Of a DNA stretch of 64,000 nt, positions 10,407-20,500 are shown in pieces (the stretch's first letter is position 1; every line of letters begins with the position of its first letter). The stretch comes from an uncultured delta proteobacterium. GTDB taxonomy: Bacteria; Myxococcota; Myxococcia; Myxococcales; Myxococcaceae. The notes beneath the pieces are model-generated. The model was not told the origin of the DNA. It did no database searches and was given only the letters and a program-made list of their open reading frames with translations. The DNA lies in contig CAWCKH010000004.1 of NCBI GenBank assembly GCA_963796055.1, forward strand, positions 2,944,001 through 3,008,000, read 5' to 3'. The position numbers and the translations under genes are program-made.

Positions 10407-11604
10407 CGAGTGCAGCGAGCGTCTTCTCGGGCTCCCGGACGAAAGGGTTGCCCTGGTCGGTCACGTATCCACCGAGCACCGCAGTGATGGCCTGTCTGAT
10501 CTCGGCGTTCCTCTTCGGACCGAAGATGAGACGCGGCAGCTCTCCCGCATACCAACTCCGGACGAAGGCCTTGAAGACGCCAACGGCTCGACCGACCGGG
10601 CCATCGTACTCGCGATCCCAGTCGACCGACTCTCCGGAGAGCGAACGATCAATCAGCGACGCCGCAATGCTTGAGGACTCGAGCGCGAGCGTGACCCCGG
10701 AGGATAAGACCGGATCCAGAAACTCGGAGGCGTTTCCGGCCACTGCCCAGCGTGGCCCATGGAACCGCGTCACGGCTGCGGCCCAACCGGAGAGCTTGCC
10801 GGTCCTCAGCACCGGGGTCGCGCTCCGCAGCCTTCGGTGGACGTTCGGGTCCTCATGAAGCAAGGCAAAGAGGCGTTCGCGGTCGGATCCGCCAACGCTC
10901 TCGTAGTCACTCTGCGGCATGACCAGGCCCACCGAGGTGCGCCCGTTGGAGAACGGGATGATCCAGGCCCAGGACCCGCGGGGATGGATGCAGATCCAGA
11001 TATCCCCCTCCAGGTCTCCAGTCGGGCGTGCGTCCCCCTCGACCCAGGTGAAAAGCGCCATTCTCGGGGGGACCTCGGAGGGCTTCTCCAGCGAGAGGAG
11101 ACGGGGCAAGACGCGACCGTACCCGCTGCAGTCGAGCACGAAGGACGCCCGCAACTCGAGCCGGCGCTCGGCCTCCACGTCCAGGACGGTCAAGGAGACC
11201 GAGTCAGGACGAAGATCGACCGCTTCGACCCGATGATTGTAGCGAACCTCCACCCCCTGGCTCCGGGCCGCGGTGGAGAGGGTCTGATCGAAGTCGTCTC
11301 GCGGAACCTGGTAGGTCTGGGTCGCTTGCCCGGGGAAGACGTCGGCAAAGCAGAACCGCTCGTGGCGCTCGCCCGCGAGGAAGAGAGCTCCTCTCTTGGG
11401 CTGGTACCCTCGAGCGACCACCGCATCGAGCAGCCCCGCCGCGGCAAGGAGGTCGTTGCATCGAGGAAGGAGCGACTCGCCAATCTGAAAGCGAGGCAAG
11501 GTGCCCGCCTCCAGGGTGATGACACGCCGGCCCTTCCGCGCGAGCAGCGCGCCGGCAACACTCCCTGCCGGGCCCGCTCCGATGATGAGAACGTCGGCAT
11601 CCAT
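10393..11604 (-). CDS. FAD-dependent halogenase-like oxidoreductase
   Basis: GAGPAG, IGESLLP, YQPKRGA, WAWIIP (WxWxIP), FLDPVLSSGV. Confidence 0.82.
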   Translation of the reverse strand: MDADVLIIGAGPAGSVAGALLARKGRRVITLEAGTLPRFQIGESLLPRCNDLLAAAGLLDAVVARGYQPKRGALFLAGERHERFCFADVFPGQATQTYQVPRDDFDQTLSTAARSQGVEVRYNHRVEAVDLRPDSVSLTVLDVEAERRLELRASFVLDCSGYGRVLPRLLSLEKPSEVPPRMALFTWVEGDARPTGDLEGDIWICIHPRGSWAWIIPFSNGRTSVGLVMPQSDYESVGGSDRERLFALLHEDPNVHRRLRSATPVLRTGKLSGWAAAVTRFHGPRWAVAGNASEFLDPVLSSGVTLALESSSIAASLIDRSLSGESVDWDREYDGPVGRAVGVFKAFVRSWYAGELPRLIFGPKRNAEIRQAITAVLGGYVTDQGNPFVREPEKTLAALVKMV

Positions 11605-11606
11605 CG

Positions 11607-12134
11607 CTAGGCCGGTCGGGGCGCCCGACGCCATCGACGAATCACGAAGGTCGTCGCCAGTCCGGTCACGACGGCCAGGACAGCGCCGACGATTGCCCCA
11701 CCGAGCACCAGCACGCCGAGGAGGTCGGCGACCTCTCTGAAGCTCCGGACCGCGCGCATCGCCTCCACGGACAGTGGAAGCCACCGGCCACGGAGCGACA
11801 GGGCGCCCACCTGGGCATCGGCGAAGAGCACGAACGCAGTGAGGGGCGGCACCGAGACCTGGAGCCCGAGCAGCACCGCCACGCGGTTGAGGCGGAGGAT
11901 CCACGCGAGCCCGAGCCCGACCAGGGTCTGGACCCCCAAGAAAGGGCTGCAGCCAATCAAGACCCCGAGGCCCACCGCCACACCCAGCTGGACGGGGTCG
12001 GTGTGTTCGTGGATGAGGCGACGGGTCGAGGTTCGCAGCGCTCCGCCCAGTGCGCGAGCACGCTCCGTGACCTGCGACCACGGAGCACACCGAGAGGCGG
12101 TCGCGCCAGACCCGGCTGGTTGACGTCCGGGCAT
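11607..12134 (-). CDS. DUF2062-family membrane protein
   Basis: TDPVQLGVAVGLGVLIGCSPFLGVQT...LRLNRVAV; start uncertain. Confidence 0.75.
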   Translation of the reverse strand: MPGRQPAGSGATASRCAPWSQVTERARALGGALRTSTRRLIHEHTDPVQLGVAVGLGVLIGCSPFLGVQTLVGLGLAWILRLNRVAVLLGLQVSVPPLTAFVLFADAQVGALSLRGRWLPLSVEAMRAVRSFREVADLLGVLVLGGAIVGAVLAVVTGLATTFVIRRWRRAPRPA

Positions 12135-12154
12135 CGATTCGGCATCACCCAAGC

Positions 12155-14155
12155 GTGGCCCAGCCACCTGTCCCACTCCTGTGCGACGAAGCACGGGCTT
12201 GCGTCATCATCCCAGTCTACAACAACGTCTCCACCGTCGGAGACGTGGTGCGGGGCGTGCTCGGCCACTGCTCCGCGGTGCTGGTCTGCGACGACGGCTC
12301 GACGGACGGCTCGGGGGACGTTGCCGAGGCGGCGGGGGCGATGGTCCTCCGGCATCCGCGAAACGAAGGCAAGGGTGTCGCGCTGCGGACCCTGCTGGCC
12401 GAGGCGCACCGGCAAGGGTTCCGTCATGCGATCTCGATGGACGCCGATGGCCAGCACCTCCCCGGCGACCTTCCGGTGCTCGCCGCCGCGCTCATCGACG
12501 AACCCGGCTCGATGGTGCTGGGAGTGAGGGACCTCGTGGCTGCCGGAGCCCCGCCCTCGAGCGAATTCGGTCGGCGCTGTTCGAACTGGTGGATCTGGTT
12601 CGAAACGGGACTCCACCTGCCCGACACCCAGTCCGGATTCCGCGGATACCCGGTCCCGGAGGTGAGCGAGCTCGGGGCAGGACACCGCCGCTACGAATTC
12701 GAGACCGACGTGCTGCTCCGGGCGGCGTGGGCAGGCATCCCAATCCGCTCCCGGCCGATCACGGTTCTGTACTCGGCGAACCGGACTTCGCATTTCCGGC
12801 TGGTCCTCGACAACGTCCGGATCGTGGCCTTGAACACGGTTGCAGTCCTCCGGCATCCGCTGCCGCTCCCGCTCGGGAAGTCGTTGTTCCGCGTCCCACG
12901 CCGCCCCGGATGGTCTCTGTTCGAGATCCGAAGGTGGGCCTGGCTGGGCGGCTCCGGACCCCTCTGGCGTGGTCTGGCTGCGCTGGCGGGAATCCTGGGC
13001 GCCGGCTCATTCGCCGGGACTCACTCCGGGGCGCTCGCCTGGGCGACCTGCGCGGTGGCGGGGATCGGCGCCCTCCCCGCGCTGCTCGCGACCCATGGAT
13101 ACCGCTGGCTTCTGGGGAAGCAGGTCTCGCCGGTCTGGAGCACCGTCTTGGTGGTGGGGTGCTGTGTCGCCTTCGGAGTCGGAGAGCTGGCGCGGGCGCC
13201 GAGGCGGGCGAGGCCCACGGGCTGGACGGGAAGGAGCCGGGGCGGCGTCTTCGGACACTGGTTCTTCCTCACCCTCACCCGCGCGTTCGGCAGGTCGGTG
13301 GCCTACTGGGTCCTCTACCCGGTCACGCTCTACTTCCTCTTCGCCGCCCCCGCGGCGAGGACCGCCTCGCGCCAGTTCCTCGATCGGGCCGTGGGTCCGA
13401 CCGGATGGTGGGGTTCGATGGCCCGCTCCTATCGCCACCTTCTGGCCTTCGCCCGGACGATGGTGGATCGGGCACTGCTGCGAACGCGTGGGAAGACCGC
13501 CTTCCGGTACGTCGAGCAAGGCCTGCACCACATTCACCAGGCGGCCTCGGAGGGAAGGGGTGCCGTCCTCCTGACGGCCCACGTGGGCAACTGGGAACTT
13601 GCCGCAGGGCTGTTGAGCGGCGACCTCGGGGAGAAGCTGGCGGTCGCCGCTTACCAGGGGGAGCGGGAGGCCATCGCTCAGTTCATGAGGCGTTCCGGCG
13701 GCCCCGACCTCAGGGTCATCGACGTCGGGCGCGACGTGCTCGCAACGCTGGAGATGATCCGGGAGCTCCGTGGAGGGACCTTACTCGCGGTGCATGGAGA
13801 CCGCGCCATCGGCGAGCAAACGGTGTCCATTCCTTTTCTGGGCCGGGAAGCGCGCTTTCCCATCGGCCCCTTCCTGCTGGCCGCGGTCAGTGGTGCTCCG
13901 CTGATCGCCACCTTCTCGCTGCAGGTGGGACCAGCGGAGTACCGCTTCTTCGCCCAGGAGCCCCAGCATCTGAGCTTCAGCGCGGGCCAGGACCGAGCGA
14001 CCCAGCTCGCGGCCTGGGTCCGGCAGTACGTGTCCTTGCTCGAGTCTCTGGTGAGGCAGTACCCCTACCAGTGGTTCAACTTCTACGATTTCTGGGACGC
14101 GTCGCCTCCGCCGCTGGTGTCGCAGACGCAGTTCGCCACCGGGGAAGCTGCCTAG
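12155..14155 (+). CDS. GT2 glycosyltransferase fused via TM linker to LpxL/HtrB-type acyltransferase
   Basis: IIPVYNN, DDGSTD, DADGQH, DTQSGFRGYP; C-terminal LLTAHVGNWE, HGDR, YPYQWFNFYDFW. Confidence 0.88.
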   Translation: MAQPPVPLLCDEARACVIIPVYNNVSTVGDVVRGVLGHCSAVLVCDDGSTDGSGDVAEAAGAMVLRHPRNEGKGVALRTLLAEAHRQGFRHAISMDADGQHLPGDLPVLAAALIDEPGSMVLGVRDLVAAGAPPSSEFGRRCSNWWIWFETGLHLPDTQSGFRGYPVPEVSELGAGHRRYEFETDVLLRAAWAGIPIRSRPITVLYSANRTSHFRLVLDNVRIVALNTVAVLRHPLPLPLGKSLFRVPRRPGWSLFEIRRWAWLGGSGPLWRGLAALAGILGAGSFAGTHSGALAWATCAVAGIGALPALLATHGYRWLLGKQVSPVWSTVLVVGCCVAFGVGELARAPRRARPTGWTGRSRGGVFGHWFFLTLTRAFGRSVAYWVLYPVTLYFLFAAPAARTASRQFLDRAVGPTGWWGSMARSYRHLLAFARTMVDRALLRTRGKTAFRYVEQGLHHIHQAASEGRGAVLLTAHVGNWELAAGLLSGDLGEKLAVAAYQGEREAIAQFMRRSGGPDLRVIDVGRDVLATLEMIRELRGGTLLAVHGDRAIGEQTVSIPFLGREARFPIGPFLLAAVSGAPLIATFSLQVGPAEYRFFAQEPQHLSFSAGQDRATQLAAWVRQYVSLLESLVRQYPYQWFNFYDFWDASPPPLVSQTQFATGEAA

Positions 14156-15626
14156 CGAGGTGCTGGACCTCCTCGGCGAGCGAACGGTCCGGGTTCACCG
14201 GGGTCACCTGCTCACACAGGAAGTCCAGAAGGGCAGACCCCGCCGCGGAGCTGGGCGCCGGGCCTCCGAGCGAAGCGGCCTGCCGGAGCCCAAGCGCGAG
14301 CGAGGCCTGGACCAGCGCGAGCCTCTCGCTCTGCCGGAGCGCCTCCAGGGCTGCCTGGGTGCCAAACGGAACGATGTCCTGATTGTGTCCGTTGGTCGGC
14401 AGGCTCTGTGTGCTGGCCGGCGCGGCGTAGCGTCGCATCGAGGCGACGATGGAGGTCGCGGCCAGGTTCACCCCTGCGAGCCCCGACTGCGCCCCGGGCT
14501 GCGCAGAGAGCATCGGCGAACGCCCGCCGTTCCGGTTCGGGTCCATCAAGAGATCCAGCTGGCGTTCGGCGAGATTGGCCAGCTGGGTCAGGGCGAGATT
14601 CAGGGAATCGCTCGCAAACGCCACCTGCTGCCCGAAGAAGTTCCCGCCGTGAACCACCTGTCCCTTGTCGGGGAAGAACACCGGATTGTCGCTCACTCCA
14701 TTGAGCTCCGCCGTCACCACGCGCTCGACGTGCCCCACGGTCTCCTCGACTGCTCCGACCAGCTGGGGCACACAGCGAAGGGTGTAAGCCTCTTGCAGTG
14801 GCCGGCCGGTCCCGGCGGTCGAGCCGCTCAGAAGTGCGGAGAGCGTTCTTGCCGTCGCGTGAGCGGACGCGTGGCCTGAGAGGCGCAGCAGCTCGGGCGA
14901 GGTGAACTCGCTGGATGCTCCCAGGAGCTCCACCAGGAGTCCGGTCAGCTCGAGCGCAAGCTCGACCGAGGCGCGCGCGGAGTTGACCGCGAGGCCGGCC
15001 GCTGCGGCGCTGAGCGAGGTCCCGTTGACCAGAGCGAGCGCATCCCGCCCGCGGAGACGCAAGGGACGGAGGCCGGCCCGGTGGAGGGCGGTGGGCGCCG
15101 GAAGTCGCTCCCCGTCGCAAAAGGCCTCGCCCTCACCGCAGAGCGCTCCGATGGCGTGCGCCAGCGGAGCGAGATCCCCGCTGGCTCCGACCGACCCCCA
15201 CTCTGGAACCGCCGGAGCGAAGCTCGTGCCGAGTGAGGCCGCGAGGAGATCGAGCACCTCGGGGCTGATCCCGGAATGGCCCTTGGCCAGGGTCCAGAGC
15301 CGGGCGAGAAGCATTGCCCTGACCACGCGTGGAGCAAGAAGCTCTCCCTGTCCCGCGCGCAGATGGTTGAGCAGCCCGAGCCCGTGCGTCTCGAGGTCGG
15401 CGGCCGCTCCGTGGGTCACCAGGGGTCCGAAGCCCGTGGACATTCCATACACGGGCCGTCCGCTGACGATGAGTGCACGGACGAACTCGGCGCAGCGGAT
15501 GACCGCGGACCGGGCAGCATCGGAGAGGGCGACGCCCAGCGGCCGTTCTGCCGCTTCGAGATCCACCGGAGCAAGGACGCGCTCGGCGTCCACGACCAGG
15601 TTGAGGGAGGGGCTCGGAGAGGTCAC
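14076..15626 (-). CDS. MIO-dependent aromatic amino-acid ammonia-lyase, probably tyrosine ammonia-lyase
   Basis: VYGMSTGFG, GSVGASGDL (ASG), QEAYTLRC, DNP, HGGNF, NQD; NHL specificity position; GTG start overlaps the CoA-ligase stop. Confidence 0.9.
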   Translation of the reverse strand: MTSPSPSLNLVVDAERVLAPVDLEAAERPLGVALSDAARSAVIRCAEFVRALIVSGRPVYGMSTGFGPLVTHGAAADLETHGLGLLNHLRAGQGELLAPRVVRAMLLARLWTLAKGHSGISPEVLDLLAASLGTSFAPAVPEWGSVGASGDLAPLAHAIGALCGEGEAFCDGERLPAPTALHRAGLRPLRLRGRDALALVNGTSLSAAAAGLAVNSARASVELALELTGLLVELLGASSEFTSPELLRLSGHASAHATARTLSALLSGSTAGTGRPLQEAYTLRCVPQLVGAVEETVGHVERVVTAELNGVSDNPVFFPDKGQVVHGGNFFGQQVAFASDSLNLALTQLANLAERQLDLLMDPNRNGGRSPMLSAQPGAQSGLAGVNLAATSIVASMRRYAAPASTQSLPTNGHNQDIVPFGTQAALEALRQSERLALVQASLALGLRQAASLGGPAPSSAAGSALLDFLCEQVTPVNPDRSLAEEVQHLARQLPRWRTASATPAAEATRPRNRRS

Positions 15627-16933
15627 GAGGATTGGAAGAGTTCCTCGGCGCGCCGGCGTGACACCTTCCCAGAAGGAGTCGTGCACGCGACCCAGAAGCT
15701 CTCGGGCATGGTCCGCGGCGGTCGGTGAGGAACGGGCAGGTGGAAGTCGGGTGGAATGTCTCCGCGGACCAGGGGCTGGACCATCGATTGTCCTGTCCCG
15801 ATGAGAAGGACTCGGTCACCGAAGGATAGCTCCAAAGGAACGGGGTTCACCATGCGCCCGTTGTCGAGCTTGAAGCGCTCGTCGGAGCGGCCCTGGAAGA
15901 CGAAGCCGCCGTCATCCGTCGGGATCGCCAGGTCACCCGTCGCGAGCCAGCCCTGTGCATTCACCACCGGTCTCACGCTTCCCTCGGAGAGCTGGCCCAG
16001 GGCGGTGTTCTTCCCGCGGACCAGCAGCTCCGTTTCACCGTCATCGTCGGGCGCTCCGAGCATCACCTCGCACCCCAGTGGTCGACCGAGGAAGTCGTCG
16101 CACTCCCACTCTCCGGGCCTGCCGAGGGTCACTCCCGGTGAGCATTCGGTCTGGCCGTAGCCTACGCACAGCCTGGTGCGCTTCAGCCTCTCTCGCAGCA
16201 GCCCTCTGACGGGAGCGCCACCAACAATCCCTCCGTGAAGAGAGGTCAGAACTGGATCCGGAATGACAGACAGCGTCCGGGGGACGCCAAAGAGGACCTC
16301 CGGACGGTCGGCGGTCAGAATCTCATGGAACGATGCGGGGGGAACCGAGCGCAGACGGGCCCCGTTCAATACGCCCATCAGGAATTCGAGCGTGAACCCG
16401 AACGCGTGCGTCCAGGGGAGACAGCCCAGGATCCGGGTCCCCTTGGGATAGCCGAGCGCAGCGTGGTGGCTGTCCACGACGCTCAAGAGGCCGCGCTCGC
16501 CGAGCGCAATCGCTCGTGCACCTCCCGATGTTCCGCTGGTGAAGAGGACGAGGGTTGGCCACGGGCCACCTGGCTGGCGGTTCGGCCGTCGGCGAACGAG
16601 GGATCCGCCCGCCGAGAGGACCCCGGTCGCGTCCGCCGCCCTGACCCTGTCGTGGAGCGCGGATGGTGCGAGACACGGATTGATCGCAGCGAACGTGACC
16701 CCGAGTCGAACACAGGCGATGAAGGAGGCGGCGAACTCCGGGCCATTGGGGAGGGCCACGGCGAGGACTTCGCCTGGACCGAAATCGCCGGCACGGAGTC
16801 GGGAGACAAATTCTTCGGCCAGCGCGCGGGGATCTCCTGGCGCTCGACCAGCGGAGTCGAACACGTCCAGCCGCACGACGGCGTCCAACCTCGAGTTGAG
16901 CTGCGAAGCCAAGGGTGTGGAAGAGTCAGTCAT
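15623..16933 (-). CDS. AMP-dependent acyl/aryl-CoA (or -ACP) ligase
   Basis: LFTSGTSG, GYGQTE, TGD, QGRSD, TPSGKVSR. Confidence 0.85.
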   Translation of the reverse strand: MTDSSTPLASQLNSRLDAVVRLDVFDSAGRAPGDPRALAEEFVSRLRAGDFGPGEVLAVALPNGPEFAASFIACVRLGVTFAAINPCLAPSALHDRVRAADATGVLSAGGSLVRRRPNRQPGGPWPTLVLFTSGTSGGARAIALGERGLLSVVDSHHAALGYPKGTRILGCLPWTHAFGFTLEFLMGVLNGARLRSVPPASFHEILTADRPEVLFGVPRTLSVIPDPVLTSLHGGIVGGAPVRGLLRERLKRTRLCVGYGQTECSPGVTLGRPGEWECDDFLGRPLGCEVMLGAPDDDGETELLVRGKNTALGQLSEGSVRPVVNAQGWLATGDLAIPTDDGGFVFQGRSDERFKLDNGRMVNPVPLELSFGDRVLLIGTGQSMVQPLVRGDIPPDFHLPVPHRPPRTMPESFWVACTTPSGKVSRRRAEELFQSS

Positions 16934-17117
16934 TCGCTCGCGATGCTGTCTTTGATTCGACCGGGCTGAGAAGAGACAGCCTACTTCGGCTCGGCCGAGG
17001 ACGCCGCCCGGCATCTTCTCCTGGGCCCGACCGGCAATCAGCTCGACCACGCCCTTGGCCTCTCGGGCAAGCGCGTGCGCAAGAACCGTCATATGATTGC
17101 TTCTCGAGGAAGCATTC

Positions 17118-17459
17118 ATGATGAAGCTGCTCTGTGCCGTGCTGCTGATCACCGGAACCGATGTCTTCGCTGAGGATACGATGAAGAGTGCGGGCGCAGA
17201 CATCGACAAGGCGGCTCATGCCACCAAAGGGGTCGTGAAGAAGGCGGCAAGGGACATCGCAGACGGAAGCAAGAAAGCGGCGAGCGAGACCGCAGACGGG
17301 AGCAAGAAGGTGGTGAGCGACGTCTCCACCGCCACCAAGAAGGCCGGCTCGGGCGGCGCGGACGCGAGCGAGAAGGCCGCGCATGCGACCACGAAGGCGG
17401 CCTCGAAGACCGAGGATGCTGCGAAGAAGGCGGCGAGCGACGTGTCGCCCGAGAAGTAA
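17118..17459 (+). CDS. Secreted Ala/Lys-rich repeat (LEA-like) protein
   Basis: Signal peptide then 11-residue-type repeats (ADGSKKAASET / ADGSKKVVSDV); GAGG RBS. Confidence 0.65.
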   Translation: MMKLLCAVLLITGTDVFAEDTMKSAGADIDKAAHATKGVVKKAARDIADGSKKAASETADGSKKVVSDVSTATKKAGSGGADASEKAAHATTKAASKTEDAAKKAASDVSPEK

Positions 17460-17536
17460 CCTGCGGCTCCGATCCTGCCCGGCCCTGGGAGTTGCGCCCG
17501 ACATCAGCGGTGACCTGCTCCTGCTTCTCGGCGGCT

Positions 17537-20500
17537 TCAGTCCGAGAACGCGGCGGGCGCCGCGGGCGCCCAGCACGAGAGTTCGGCCACGGCCTGGGCG
17601 AGGTCATCGATGTCGACGGGCTTCGTGAGGTAATTCTGGAACCCGGCGGCGAGTGCGTGTCGCCGGTCTCCGACCCTGGCCAGCGCCGTGAGGGCGACGG
17701 CAGGAACATCGCCTCCTCGCTCCGCGCCCAGGGCTCTCACCCGGCGAATCAGCGAGTACCCGTCCTCTCCGGGCATCGCGATGTCGCACACGAGGACCTC
17801 CGGACGAAACTCCTCGAGGGTCAGCAGGGCGTCGCTGGCGGAACCGGACGCTCGAACCTCCGCTCCCATCACGCTCAGCATCTCGACCACCGCCTCACGG
17901 CTTCCCGGATCGTCCTCGACCACCAGGACTCGCACGCCGCGCAACACGTCTCTCGACCTGGCCCTAGTGGACCCAGACTTCGACGCTGGGTTTCCGGAGG
18001 AGGTCGATGCGCCCTCGGCTGCGTCGGACGCGGCGTCCCTGATCGGAAGGAAGACCGAAAAGGTCGAACCTTTTCCCTTGCCCCCGCTCTCACCGCACAC
18101 GGTCCCACCGTGCGCCTCGACGAGATCGCGGACGATGGCCAGTCCCAGACCGAGCCCGCCGTGCTTCCGGACGGTCGTTCCATCTTCCTGGGCGAATCGC
18201 CGGAAGACGTGCGGGAGGAACTCGGGCTCGATCCCGACCCCGGTGTCCCCGACCCGAAGGCGGGCGTGTCCGTCATGCCTGTCCAGGAGAACCGTCACCT
18301 TCTCGTTCTCGAAGCTGAACTTGACGGCATTGGCCAGCAGATTGGTCACCACCTGCTGGAGGCGCGTCTGGTCGCCCGAGACGGGCCCGACGGTCTCATC
18401 GAGCACGACGTGGAAGGTCACCGCCTTCGCCTCGGCGACTCCTGCGACCCCCTCCACCGCCGCCCGGACGACCGCGCAGAGGTCGACGGGCCCCTGGTCG
18501 AGCTTGAGCTTGCCACTCACGATGCGCGAGACGTCGAGGAGGTCGTCGACGAGCCTGACCTGCATCCTCGTGCCCCGCTCGATGGCGTCGGCCGCACGCT
18601 TGATCTTCACCGGGTCAAGGCTTCCCCGTCCCAGCAGCTGGGCATGCATCAACATCGAGGAAAGCGGCGTCCGGATCTCGTGCGACAGCGTCGCGAGGAA
18701 CTCGTCCTTCGCCAGATTGGCTCGCTCGGCCTCGCCCCGTGCCCGCTCGGCCTCGTTGACGTGGTGCTTCAGCGCGTCGATGTCGATCAGCGACAGCGTG
18801 GCGCCGTCGATCTTGTTCTCGATCGTCTTGTAGGGCCGGATCTGCATGCGGTACCAGCGTCCGCTCCTGTCCTGCACCTCGGACTCGTGCATCTGGTTGG
18901 TCTCGATGACCTCGGAGATCTGCTCGTCCAGGTTGTCCAGCCGGAGATTCGACTTGATGTCCTCCAGCGGCCGCCCGAGATCCGTGGGGAGGACGTTCAG
19001 GATGGTCCGCGCCTTTGGCGTGAAGCGCCGGATCCGGCGTTCCCGGTCAAGGATCAGGATCGGCACGTCGACGGTGGCGAGGATGTTCATCAGATCGCTA
19101 TTGATCTCCCGGACCTCCTGATTCCGGGTGTTGAGCTCATCGTTGACGGTCGTCAGCTCCTCGTTGGTCGACTGGAGCTCTTCCTTGGCCGTCTCCAGCT
19201 CCTCGTTCATGCTCTGGAGCTCTTCGTTGCCCGAGACCAGCTCCTCGTTGGCCGCGTTGAGATCGTCGTTGGTGCGTTCTCGCTCGTCGATGAGCGAGTG
19301 CAGGTACTGCTGGGTCGCCTCCAGCTCGCTTTCGAGCTTGAGGACCCGGTGTCGCCCCGCGCCGACCGTCGAGCGGCGGGACGTCCTCTGCAGCTTCGAC
19401 GCGCTCGGCCGTCCGGCGATCTCCTCGAACAGAACGGCGAAGAGCTGCTCCTTGGCCTCGGGCGGTACCGCGAAGGGCACGACGACGACGTCACAGGTGC
19501 CGGGGGCCGCGCCGCGCTCGACTTCGACCTCGACTCCCTTGGTCCTGACCGGCTCCCGCCCCCGCTTCGCTTTCGCGATGGTCGTGCGCAGCGCGCTCAG
19601 CAACCCCCCCCGCGCCATCTTCAGGAGGTTGTGCTGAGGGTCGCCGGGCGGGTCCTGGAGATACCGCCCCGTGTTGCCGACGAACTGGAGGATCTGCATC
19701 CTCTCGTCGACGAGAACGCCAGGCGGCGCGTAGCGCGTCAGGAGCAGCCGATCGAGGTGCCTGGCCACGTCGACGGCGCGCACGGGAGGCGTTGTGCCGG
19801 GGGAGGCGTTCGTTCGGGAGGTGACCGGATGCACCTCGGTCCGGGGAGCGAAGTGGAGCGTGCTCACCGCCGTGGTCCGGACGAAGATCTTGTTGTTCTT
19901 GTCGATCGGGGAGAAGTGCTGTCTGAAGCCGGGGAGGCTCTCCGCGCGGCCGAGGAGAAGGAACCCACCCTGCCGCAAGGCGTAGTGCAAGGTCGGCAGG
20001 ACCCGACGCTGGAGCGCTTGTCCGAAGTAGATGAGTACGTTCCGGCAGGACACGAGATCGAGCTTCGAGAACGGCGGGTCCCGGGCGAGATCGTGCCGGA
20101 CGAAGACGCACAGCTCTCGGACGTTCTTGTTGATGCGATACCCCGACTCGACCTTGGTGAAGAAGCGCCGGCGCCGCTCCTCGCTGACGTCGCGCATGAC
20201 CGCATCGGAGTAGGCGCCCTTGCGGGCGCTCTGGACGGCGCGCTCGCTGATGTCCGAGCCGAAGATCTGGATGGGATGGTGTCGGGCCGAGTCGTCCAGG
20301 AACTCGAGCAGAGCGATGGCGAGCGAGTAGAGCTCTTCCCCGGTCGAGCACCCGGCGACCCAGAGGCGGATGGGGTCTCCGGGCGCTTTGGTCTTCAGGA
20401 TGTCCGGAAAGACCGCGGACTTCAGACTCTCGAAGACGTCTGGATCCCGAAAGAACGAGGTGACATGGATGAGAACCTCCTCGTATAGACGACCGGCTTC

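Noticed and set aside
16934..17459. Photoactive yellow protein next to the TAL and CoA ligase
   Set aside because: No PAS-like ORF with the PYP NFF...APC motif; the neighbour is a low-complexity secreted protein
17492..20488. 998-aa plus-strand ORF and other long antisense ORFs (e.g. 12181..14382, 27508..29319, 52717..54486)
   Set aside because: Shadow frames of well-supported GC-rich genes; no family motifs
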